In this document: piece after piece, positions 36,264-44,285 of the stretch
How the letters are laid out: every line of letters starts with the position of its first letter
Numbering within the stretch: position 1 is the stretch's first letter
Position numbers and translations under genes: made by a program
Source: Brevinematales bacterium
Lineage (GTDB): Bacteria; Spirochaetota; Brevinematia; Brevinematales; GWF1-51-8
Assembly (NCBI GenBank): GCA_013177895.1
Contig: JABLXV010000002.1
Span: forward strand, 1,285 to 65,284
Direction: 5' to 3'
Length of the DNA: 64,000 bases
Notes under the pieces: generated by a model
What the model saw: the letters and a program-made list of their open reading frames with translations, nothing else
What the model was told of the DNA's origin: nothing
The model's database searches: none

Positions 36264-37241
36264 ATGGATTCAAACAAAGACAGTTCTAAGTACTCTGTGG
36301 TGTCATACTTCTGTGGATGCGGGGGGATGGACTTAGGTTTTCGCGGAAATTTCAAGTATCACGACGAGGAATACGGCGAGCTTCCTTTTTACATAACCGC
36401 AGCTTACGACAATAGCGCCGCTTGCGTGGAAACCTATAATCGCTATTTCGGAGCCGACCACGCTAAAAACGCTGATTTGTCTGCTAAAGAAGCAAAGGAC
36501 ATGATAGCGGCGGATTTGTTGATTGGGGGATTTCCATGTCAAGAGTTTTCCTCCTGCGGTCCCTTGGGCGGACTTGATTCAGAGCGTGGACAGCTTTACA
36601 AGTCGCTAATCAGATATATGGAAGTTCGTAAACCTAAAGTGGTCGTTGGTGAAAACGTTATAAATCTGGAGCGTATGGAAAAAGGAAAAGTCATGGAGAC
36701 CATCGTCAACGACCTCAGAGATACGGGGTACAAGGTTGAAGTATGGAGGCTGTACGCTCCCGATTATGGCATTCCCCAAAGGCGCACCAGGCTGTTTTTT
36801 ATTTGTGTGCGAAACGATATAAAAGGGTTCCCATCCAAGCCGGAGGCGAACTTCATTCACGCCCATCGTAGCATAGAGTGGGCTATTGGCGATTTGATGA
36901 ATGTGACAGACGATAGCGTCCCCAACCAAAGCCAGTATTTTGGGGCTTCCCGCGCCAAGAAAGGCAACGGGCAGGGTGACGAGAATAACCACAAGGACAA
37001 GCCGGCATATACAATCAGGGCAAACCCAAAGTCGAGAGTCCAGTTCCACTACGCGCTCGACCGACGCCTGACGGTCAGGGAATGCGCGAGGATCCAGACT
37101 TTCCCGGACAATTTCGTTTTTACCCACGCAGCCACGTCGAGTATATCGCAGATTGGCAACGCCGTACCACCGGTTCTAGCATACCGAGTGGCGTCTTGCA
37201 TAGCGGATTATTTGAATTCAATGAAAGATAAAGAGGTGTGA
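36264..37241 (+). CDS. dcm: DNA (cytosine-5)-methyltransferase
   Basis: Motif I YFCGCGGMDLGF, IV GGFPCQEFS, VI VVGENV, VIII QRRTRLFF, IX RLTVRECARIQTFPDNFVF and X GNAVPPVLA. Confidence 0.92.
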   Translation: MDSNKDSSKYSVVSYFCGCGGMDLGFRGNFKYHDEEYGELPFYITAAYDNSAACVETYNRYFGADHAKNADLSAKEAKDMIAADLLIGGFPCQEFSSCGPLGGLDSERGQLYKSLIRYMEVRKPKVVVGENVINLERMEKGKVMETIVNDLRDTGYKVEVWRLYAPDYGIPQRRTRLFFICVRNDIKGFPSKPEANFIHAHRSIEWAIGDLMNVTDDSVPNQSQYFGASRAKKGNGQGDENNHKDKPAYTIRANPKSRVQFHYALDRRLTVRECARIQTFPDNFVFTHAATSSISQIGNAVPPVLAYRVASCIADYLNSMKDKEV

Positions 37242-37245
37242 GAAA

Positions 37246-39612
37246 ATGGATACAACTATCACTTCTGTTGATATTACCCCGAAGCCTCGAATCCTACGGA
37301 CATTGGGTGATATCCCGTTCCAACCCTGGCAATGCCTCGCGGAGTTGATTGACAACTCAATAGATGCCTTTCTCGCGGTCGAGGCGGACGCCGAGGAAGG
37401 GAAAGAACAGAAAATATTGGTCAACTGGTCAAACGACTCAGTCGGTACTCCCGACCGCACGATTGAGGTGTCCGACAACGCGAATGGAATGAGTTTAGAG
37501 CAATTGCAAAACGCTGTAACCGCTGGATACAGCGGTAACGACCCCATAAACAACTTAGGGCTTTTCGGAATGGGCTTTAATATAGCGACCGCCCGCCTTG
37601 GGGAGGTTACGACGGTTCGCTCCACACGCGCGGGTGATAAGGAATGGATCGAGCTTACAATTGATTTTGCCGAGCTTATAAGGGCGAAGCGTTTCCTCGC
37701 ACCTGTGAAAACTCTCCCCAAGGAAAATCCTGCTGAGTCTGGTTCAAAAATCATCATCTCGCGATTAAAAACCGGAATCGCCGACACTATGAACCAGAAA
37801 GAGGCGGATATCAGGAAGCAGTTAGAATCTATATACACCCCTCTTCTGACCACAAAGGATATTGTCCTTTTGGTTAAAGGGAGGCAGTTATCACCACGCA
37901 ACCACTGCGTTTGGTCGGACGCCAGATATGTGGTACACAGGCAAACGAATGTACCCGCCAGAATCCCGATTGATCGGGAACTCGGACACCCTTTGTTCGA
38001 CACCGAGCGAAACCGTTACCTTACAGACGATGAGGCAGAACCGTATTACGCCGCTCAGTCGAGAGGCGAGGCGCTACCCGAAAACATCGTGGAACGAAGC
38101 AAACGCCTTACTGGGTGGCTTGGTATCCAACGATATGCCGATCCGAATGATTATGGCATTGATTTTATACGTAATGGCCGCAAAATCCTAATATCGGATA
38201 AAACCCTCTTCTATTATGAAAGCCCAATCACCGGTCAAAAGGACATTCAGTATCCACTTGATCTTGGTACTACCATCGGCGGCCGAATCGTCGGCGAACT
38301 GCACGTGGATTATCTCCTGCCGACATATCAAAAAAACGACTTCGACAGAAACGATGCATCGTGGTATCAGACAGTTGAGGCAATTTGCGGTGTCGGCCCA
38401 TTTCGAGCGCAGGCGCGAAAAGCGTTAGGCTTACCAGAAGCCCCCACTTCTCCGCTGGGCATTCTGGCAACTGCTTATACACGAACCGATCCCGGAACCA
38501 GGTGTCTATTTGCACCCAATGAGATCGCCAAACAATTTGCCGCACAGTTTAGAAGTGGCAAGCGCGAGTATATCGACGACGGCCTGTGGTGGAAAGCTGC
38601 CCAGGAAGAGGATCAGAAGAGAAACACAGGCGGATCGAGGTCTACTACCGCTGTCAACCAAGGGGAGGTACCTTCCGACGACCCCGGAGAATATCTCGGA
38701 CAAAGCGCTAGTACACCGCTTCCCGGGGGTGTGGCAGTAGTGCCTCCTCCTACGGCCCCAACCATAACGCCGTCAGATGTAGTGACATCCACGCTAGATG
38801 AATTGATTCTCCTCTCAAATCAGGTGGTTCAACTCTCAGGCAAATATAATTTCGGCGTATCCCCGCTAAACGTCCGTGCCTATGAGCTTAAAGAGGGGAC
38901 TATCCTTGAGAGAGGCGAGCGGAAGCCTTGTTTCTTCCACTCAGATGGACCCGATTGCAGTTTCGTGTATGACCCCTTACACCCTCTGTTAGCGCAGTAT
39001 CCGATTACGTCCAAAGAACTGTTGCTCCAATATCTCGCCGAAAAGCTTAAAGTGCGAGATCGTAAAACTGATTTGGTGGAGGTGTTCTCCACCCTTGTTC
39101 AGAACACCATGCCTGAGGCGAAAATTGATCGTCAGTCTTTACAGGACAGGGCGACAAAAGCGTTTGCCCTCCTACGGGAAAAGATGGTTGAAGCCCTCCG
39201 TCCTTGCGCCGTGGACGTACTTAGGTGTATACATGAGTCCACAGGCGACGTGGAAGACACGGTAAACAGGATGCTGTCCAATCCCACTCTGATTAGGAGC
39301 TTGCAGGGTTGTGAGGAGGCGGGGTACGAGGCGATAGAGTATGTGCCCGAGAAGACTTTACTGCGACTGGTAGACAGATTCCCAGAGCTTGTTTTCGACG
39401 GTAAAGTGGTGACCGCGCCATACACAAGTATCAGCCTTTCAGACGAGAAAGCAACTGAGCGCAGCCGCAACGAGTCTAAGGAACGGGTTATTTCCTTCCT
39501 TAAAGACACACTTAGAGTTATGACAAACACAAGTTTCGGGCAAAATGACCTAAAAAATGAGTTGTCCCGTGCCTCGCTGAGTATAGATTTTTTATTAGGG
39601 GAGTTGGTGTGA
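37246..39612 (+). CDS. GHKL-superfamily (MORC/MutL-like, HATPase_c_3-type) ATPase, 788 aa
   Basis: Bergerat-fold boxes: CLAELIDNSIDAF (N-box), VSDNANGMS (G1) and NLGLFGMGFNIATARLG (G2). Starts 4 nt after the dcm stop. Confidence 0.8.
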   Translation: MDTTITSVDITPKPRILRTLGDIPFQPWQCLAELIDNSIDAFLAVEADAEEGKEQKILVNWSNDSVGTPDRTIEVSDNANGMSLEQLQNAVTAGYSGNDPINNLGLFGMGFNIATARLGEVTTVRSTRAGDKEWIELTIDFAELIRAKRFLAPVKTLPKENPAESGSKIIISRLKTGIADTMNQKEADIRKQLESIYTPLLTTKDIVLLVKGRQLSPRNHCVWSDARYVVHRQTNVPARIPIDRELGHPLFDTERNRYLTDDEAEPYYAAQSRGEALPENIVERSKRLTGWLGIQRYADPNDYGIDFIRNGRKILISDKTLFYYESPITGQKDIQYPLDLGTTIGGRIVGELHVDYLLPTYQKNDFDRNDASWYQTVEAICGVGPFRAQARKALGLPEAPTSPLGILATAYTRTDPGTRCLFAPNEIAKQFAAQFRSGKREYIDDGLWWKAAQEEDQKRNTGGSRSTTAVNQGEVPSDDPGEYLGQSASTPLPGGVAVVPPPTAPTITPSDVVTSTLDELILLSNQVVQLSGKYNFGVSPLNVRAYELKEGTILERGERKPCFFHSDGPDCSFVYDPLHPLLAQYPITSKELLLQYLAEKLKVRDRKTDLVEVFSTLVQNTMPEAKIDRQSLQDRATKAFALLREKMVEALRPCAVDVLRCIHESTGDVEDTVNRMLSNPTLIRSLQGCEEAGYEAIEYVPEKTLLRLVDRFPELVFDGKVVTAPYTSISLSDEKATERSRNESKERVISFLKDTLRVMTNTSFGQNDLKNELSRASLSIDFLLGELV

Positions 39613-41270
39613 TGACTTTTTATACGCACGACATTTCCCAGGGGAACAACTGGAAGGGTCTTGTGCGTGCCGTGGCGAGGGTGATGTCACATATAGGGTG
39701 GAAGGACACCGCCGTGATTGATGGCTCCGGCGATATGGGTGCGGACGTTCTGGCGACACAAGCTGATGGTGATAGAATACGTTCTTGGGTCGTTCAGTCC
39801 AAAGCCGTGTCCGGCGACCGCTACATAGGGCCGAACGCAATGCAGGAGGCGATAAACGCCCTGTCATTTTACGGTACAGAAATAGCTGCCGTAGCCACAA
39901 ACGGTGAGTTTACGCAGACCGCCAAGACAAGGCAGAAGCAACTTGAGGCAAACGGATATACACTAAAGCTTTGGAACGGGGCTTTCATAAAAAAGCTCAT
40001 CGAACAGATGCCCGCGGATAGTGTGGCTCTTCGGGAGCTTCGTCCGTATCAGGAAAGCATTATCAAGAAAGTCGTAGAGGTATATGACTCAGGCGGTAAA
40101 AAGGCTTTTTACATTGTCGCCACTGGTCTTGGAAAGACGGTGATCGCTGCCACCATTACGCGGCAATTATGGGAACGCGGATGTCGAAGGATTCTCGTCC
40201 TCTGCCACCAGACCGATTTGGCACAGCAGCTTGAGCAAGGCTTTTGGTCGCAGCTTACAAAGGAAGTCCCCACATCAGTCTTCTTCGACGGTATACCGCC
40301 AAAGGATACAGAGGGCGTGTCATTCGGCCTATATCAAAGCCTGTACGGTTATCTACCTGGTATTGAGGAAGACCGATTTGATGTCGTTATCGTCGACGAG
40401 GCGCATCACGCCTTGGCATATGGATTCAGGGCTTGCCTTGAGCATTTGAGGCCAAGGTTTTTAATTGGGATGACCGCCACCCCATGGCGAGGCGACGGGC
40501 AGAACCTAAACACCGTATTTGGGGAACCGCTAGCGAAAGTTTCTCTCGTGGACGGCATGGCGATGGGTTTTCTGTCTAAGGTGGATTACCGTATCCTCTG
40601 CGACAACGTTGACTGGGACGGTATGCAATCCATCAGCAAGAAGAAACTTTCCATCAAGGATTTGAACAAACGCCTATTCTTACCTCAACGCGACGAGGCG
40701 GTTATCACGGAAATACAAAATGTTGTAAAGACTGTTCCAAACCCGAGAATCGCCATATTTTCACCGTCAATTGAGCACAGCAACCGTTTCGCGGCTATGC
40801 TCTCCGCCGCAGGGATACCAACCGCCTCACTATCCACCTCGGACAAGGCGGAGCGCCGAAAGCGGCTATTAAGCTTCTCCGCCGGGAACTACAGCACGGT
40901 AACTGCGGTGGACGTAATGAACGAGGGAATTGATATCCCCGATGTTAACATCCTTGTGTTCCTGCGAGCCACGCACTCCAGGCGCATTTTCGTACAACAG
41001 CTTGGGCGCGGACTCCGACTCGCGGATGGCAAAGATAAAGTCATCGTTTTGGACTTTGTATCCGACATTCGGCGGATGGCCGAGATGGTCGAGATGAATA
41101 ATGAGGGCAAAGCCAAAGGTCGTGAAAAGGAAGTGCTGTTTTTGAAACAAGGTTTTGTTTCCTTCTCCGACGCGAAGGTGGAGCGTTTTGTAAATGTTTG
41201 GATTGAGGACGTGGCTGACCTCAGCGGTTCTGACGACGAGGTCAAGCTGACGTTTCCGGAGGGGTTCTAA
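39612..41270 (+). CDS. Mrr-like restriction endonuclease domain fused to an SF2 (DEAH) helicase
   Basis: N-terminus GSGDMGADVLAT...WVVQSKAV...AAVATNGEFT (Mrr_cat PD-(D/E)xK pattern). Helicase motifs ATGLGKT (I), VIVDEAHH (II), MTATPWR (III) and QQLGRGLR (VI). The ATG overlaps the upstream TGA (TGATG). Confidence 0.85.
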   Translation: MTFYTHDISQGNNWKGLVRAVARVMSHIGWKDTAVIDGSGDMGADVLATQADGDRIRSWVVQSKAVSGDRYIGPNAMQEAINALSFYGTEIAAVATNGEFTQTAKTRQKQLEANGYTLKLWNGAFIKKLIEQMPADSVALRELRPYQESIIKKVVEVYDSGGKKAFYIVATGLGKTVIAATITRQLWERGCRRILVLCHQTDLAQQLEQGFWSQLTKEVPTSVFFDGIPPKDTEGVSFGLYQSLYGYLPGIEEDRFDVVIVDEAHHALAYGFRACLEHLRPRFLIGMTATPWRGDGQNLNTVFGEPLAKVSLVDGMAMGFLSKVDYRILCDNVDWDGMQSISKKKLSIKDLNKRLFLPQRDEAVITEIQNVVKTVPNPRIAIFSPSIEHSNRFAAMLSAAGIPTASLSTSDKAERRKRLLSFSAGNYSTVTAVDVMNEGIDIPDVNILVFLRATHSRRIFVQQLGRGLRLADGKDKVIVLDFVSDIRRMAEMVEMNNEGKAKGREKEVLFLKQGFVSFSDAKVERFVNVWIEDVADLSGSDDEVKLTFPEGF

Positions 41271-41840
41271 ATGGCTAATTCTTTACCAAAGGATGTCGCG
41301 GCACAAGTGAAGAAGGCTGTTTTCAAGAAAGCCGACGAGTATTGTTATGCCAAGCGTGGGCGTGTGGAAAACGGCCGCTTTATAGATGAGTTGATGGACG
41401 ACCCGGAAATCGGCGGTGTCATCAAGGAGTATCGTAAAGCTGGCAGAGTCAGAACTTACATTAAGGATGGGGTACTAAACACCTACACCAAGCAAATGAC
41501 AAGGCTTATTCTACGCGCCGCCAACCCGATACAGATTATCTGCCGTACCTACAACGAAGAACAAGTGTTTGTTCTTTCACGAGATGATATTGTTGTATGC
41601 CTTTCGTCAAATGAGCGTATCTACGTTATTGGCAGAGGTACGGTGCTAAAATGGGAAACCGCGCTTAGGAAAGCACTTGAGTACATCGCTCGCACACCGG
41701 GAGTACGAACGGACGGCCGCTACCCCGCCATCTGCCTGCAACTTGCGGTTATAAACGATGATATTACAGAGGGCGATAAAAGACAAATCACAAACGCGCT
41801 CGCAGCCGTGGGTGTGAAAGTTTTTTTCTGTTCGGCTTAA
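41271..41840 (+). CDS. Hypothetical protein (189 aa), fourth gene of the operon
   Basis: The ATG immediately follows the helicase TAA. No motif recognised. Confidence 0.6.
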   Translation: MANSLPKDVAAQVKKAVFKKADEYCYAKRGRVENGRFIDELMDDPEIGGVIKEYRKAGRVRTYIKDGVLNTYTKQMTRLILRAANPIQIICRTYNEEQVFVLSRDDIVVCLSSNERIYVIGRGTVLKWETALRKALEYIARTPGVRTDGRYPAICLQLAVINDDITEGDKRQITNALAAVGVKVFFCSA

Positions 41841-41858
41841 CTTTTAGGGGATGAATCT

Positions 41859-42290
41859 GTGGTGAGGACACCTGAAGTTACACATAAAATCATGTCGGCG
41901 ATCAAGCAGAAGAACACAAAACCTGAAATACTCCTGCGAAAGGCGCTATGGCGCAAAGGGCTTCGTTATCGTGTTAACGTCACAAAACTACCCGGTAGAC
42001 CAGACGTAGTCTTCACGAAAGCCAGAATCACTGTATTCTGTGACGGTGATTTTTGGCATGGACACAACTGGGCTATTCGAGGCATTCCCTCCCTTGAGGA
42101 TGAGCTTGCGGGTTACTCCGAGTTTTGGAGGAATAAAATTCTCGGCAACATCAAGCGAGACAAGGAAACCACGGAAAAACTCATACGGGATGGCTGGCTC
42201 GTGCTGAGATTTTGGGAAAGCGATATCATCGCTGACGCCGATAAATGTGCCGATTCAGTGGTGGAAAAGTGGCGTGAGCGGCGCAACTGA
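41859..42290 (+). CDS. vsr: Very-short-patch repair endonuclease
   Basis: IMSAIKQKNTKPEILLRKALWRKGLRYR, GRPDVVF and FCDGDFWHGH are Vsr hallmark blocks. GTG start. Confidence 0.9.
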   Translation: MVRTPEVTHKIMSAIKQKNTKPEILLRKALWRKGLRYRVNVTKLPGRPDVVFTKARITVFCDGDFWHGHNWAIRGIPSLEDELAGYSEFWRNKILGNIKRDKETTEKLIRDGWLVLRFWESDIIADADKCADSVVEKWRERRN

Positions 42291-42450
42291 AAGGTAGAAT
42301 TTAGTCTATTGAGTTATTAGAACCGAAACACAAGGACGCTATTATTGACGCTTTCGAAAAAGCTAAGCGACATCTGCCCATTCTTTCAAGTGCATTTTTC
42401 TCCATTAACCTGCCAGTATTTTACTATGATATCTGACATCCATACTATTC

Positions 42451-42732
42451 TTAAAGCCTTCTACCTAGCGGACCAGGCCCCGGCAGTTTACCTGTAGCGA
42501 TACCATCATCCTCTACTAATCTTATAGTATCAGCCTTAAAAAAATCTTGTTTTATTTCTTTACCTTCAAACCATTTACAAAAACAATCTCCTTCCTTCAT
42601 ACCTCTCATTTTAGCCTGATTTCCAATTGCAATGCTAGCGGGATTATTATCCGAAGCCCCAATTACCATTTCAACTGTCATTTTAGGCCCACCACTATTC
42701 AACTGAACTACATCACCCACTTTGAAACTCAT
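42451..42732 (-). CDS. DUF2158 (YodC-like) small protein
   Basis: MSFKVGDVVQLNSGGPKMTV...CKWF matches the conserved DUF2158 N-terminus. Confidence 0.65.
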   Translation of the reverse strand: MSFKVGDVVQLNSGGPKMTVEMVIGASDNNPASIAIGNQAKMRGMKEGDCFCKWFEGKEIKQDFFKADTIRLVEDDGIATGKLPGPGPLGRRL

Positions 42733-42761
42733 AATATCCTCCTATAAAACAGCATTCGTAT

Positions 42762-43187
42762 TTACTCGATTACATGTTCCATTAATGCAATCAAACCATC
42801 ATCACTTGAAACATCTATTTGCATTTCAAGGTATCGATTCTTTGGAATTGTAAACTTTGGAAATTGTCTTAGAATTGCATCTGCAACTTTGTTATTAATT
42901 TTAATCCCATGACTCCCATCGTGAGGTGTTCCATCCAAATTCATGGAAAAAATTAAATTATTTCCATCATAAGTATGAAGGTGATATTGTCCCTTTGAAG
43001 TATGAGGAGGGTGTTTTATTACTGAATAGCTTCCTCCAAGCGGAATTCCTGGATGTTTAGCTTCCATCAAAGATCGTAATTCTTTTGGGAATGAGATACT
43101 AATATTAAAACCACCAATCTTCATTTCAATAATTTCCAAATCTTCATGTCCATAAAACCTTGTTTCTTTATAATAGTATTTAATCAT
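42762..43187 (-). CDS. Hypothetical protein (141 aa), His-rich core
   Basis: HPPHTSKGQYHLHTYDGNN..DGTPHDGSHGIKINNKVADAILRQ. No confident family. There is only a weak resemblance to HicA-type KGSH...H..k.i....IL.Q. 30-nt gap to the DUF2158 gene. Confidence 0.5.
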   Translation of the reverse strand: MIKYYYKETRFYGHEDLEIIEMKIGGFNISISFPKELRSLMEAKHPGIPLGGSYSVIKHPPHTSKGQYHLHTYDGNNLIFSMNLDGTPHDGSHGIKINNKVADAILRQFPKFTIPKNRYLEMQIDVSSDDGLIALMEHVIE

Positions 43188-43286
43188 GCAATATAACTCC
43201 TTTTTTTATATACCTAAATATAAAAAAAAGTTTATCACTCTAAGAACCGCTTCCCGCTTCTAAGGTATATTAAAACAGAAAATCTT

Positions 43287-43982
43287 TTAAAAATCATCCC
43301 AATATACCTCACAAGCCAAGTAGTCTCTAATAATCATTCTAACTCTTAATCCGTTATTACAACTGAACAAGTAACTATAATTCCCGGACTGAACGTTTAT
43401 CCATGAATAATTCAAATTATTAGCCGCCCATCTAAACAAAGACCTGCTTCCCACTTCCGGTAATAAACTTTGAAATGAAAAACTATCCGGTTGTTCGAAC
43501 TCTTTCAATGCTTCTTCCGACATCTCGATAATCGGTATCATTAATACCCGAGTCGGATCGGTTAAAGGACACTCGCTATTCTCATGCATTATATGGCCTT
43601 TCGCCAATTTAATAATAATATTTTTAAATCTTTCTATTTCTATTGAAAAATATGTATCGCTACCTTTCTTAATTATTTGTTCATCAATTCTCTTTCTTAA
43701 TAATGGGGTTTCCGATAGAATGCGCTTTACTTTATCTCTTTTAAGTATATTTGGATCTGTGGTTCCTGCAAGAGCGCATTCAATCACACAAGCCATATAT
43801 GCTTCATCATCTGAAAATCCCTCATTACATCGTTTACAAGCGGGAACGACCGGTAAATTTTCGGGATATGGTTCGTCCAGAAAAACCCGTGGGGGAACGT
43901 GTTCGCGCGTATCGGCGGCATCCCCACAATAAACGCAAAAGTATTTTAATCTCCCGTTGGATTGAGGTACTATCTGTTCCAT
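43287..43982 (-). CDS. HNH endonuclease-domain protein with an uncharacterised C-terminal domain
   Basis: CVYCGDAADTREHVPPRVF....VVPACKRCNEGFS (HNH_5-like C..C...EH..P...C..CN). ATG 43982 has AAGGA upstream. The track starts at TTG 43997. Confidence 0.75.
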   Translation of the reverse strand: MEQIVPQSNGRLKYFCVYCGDAADTREHVPPRVFLDEPYPENLPVVPACKRCNEGFSDDEAYMACVIECALAGTTDPNILKRDKVKRILSETPLLRKRIDEQIIKKGSDTYFSIEIERFKNIIIKLAKGHIMHENSECPLTDPTRVLMIPIIEMSEEALKEFEQPDSFSFQSLLPEVGSRSLFRWAANNLNYSWINVQSGNYSYLFSCNNGLRVRMIIRDYLACEVYWDDF

Positions 43983-44285
43983 AGAATTATCCTTCAATTC
44001 ATTTTAACTTCATGCAAACCGACAACCGAAAAAGATGTAACAATACTATTATAGAGACGTCTCGAAAAAAGCAACTTTACACCGAAGATGTTGAAAAAAT
44101 CGTTCCAGAAAGTGTGAGATTCGCTTTTTTCGTCTTTCCATTAGCGTGAAAAAACGATAGCTTTTTTATTTCGTTCTTGGATATTAGTAAAACAACTCTA
44201 ATGTATAGAATTAAATTATTCGTATATTTTATCATAAAGTATATTTTAACAATTTTACAAAGAAAGTCAATAATATTCATTATAG

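Noticed and set aside
37218-38003. 261-aa minus-strand ORF inside the GHKL ATPase gene (and similar ones at 39132-39629, 40889-41245, 36606-37127)
   Set aside because: They are antisense to genes with clear motifs and tight operon coupling, and their composition is Ser/Arg-rich and low-complexity.
42290-42451. Possible small gene or remnant between vsr and the DUF2158 gene
   Set aside because: It contains only short open stretches (..LLEPKHKDAIIDAFEKAKRH..) with no start, RBS or recognisable family. The evidence is insufficient to call it.
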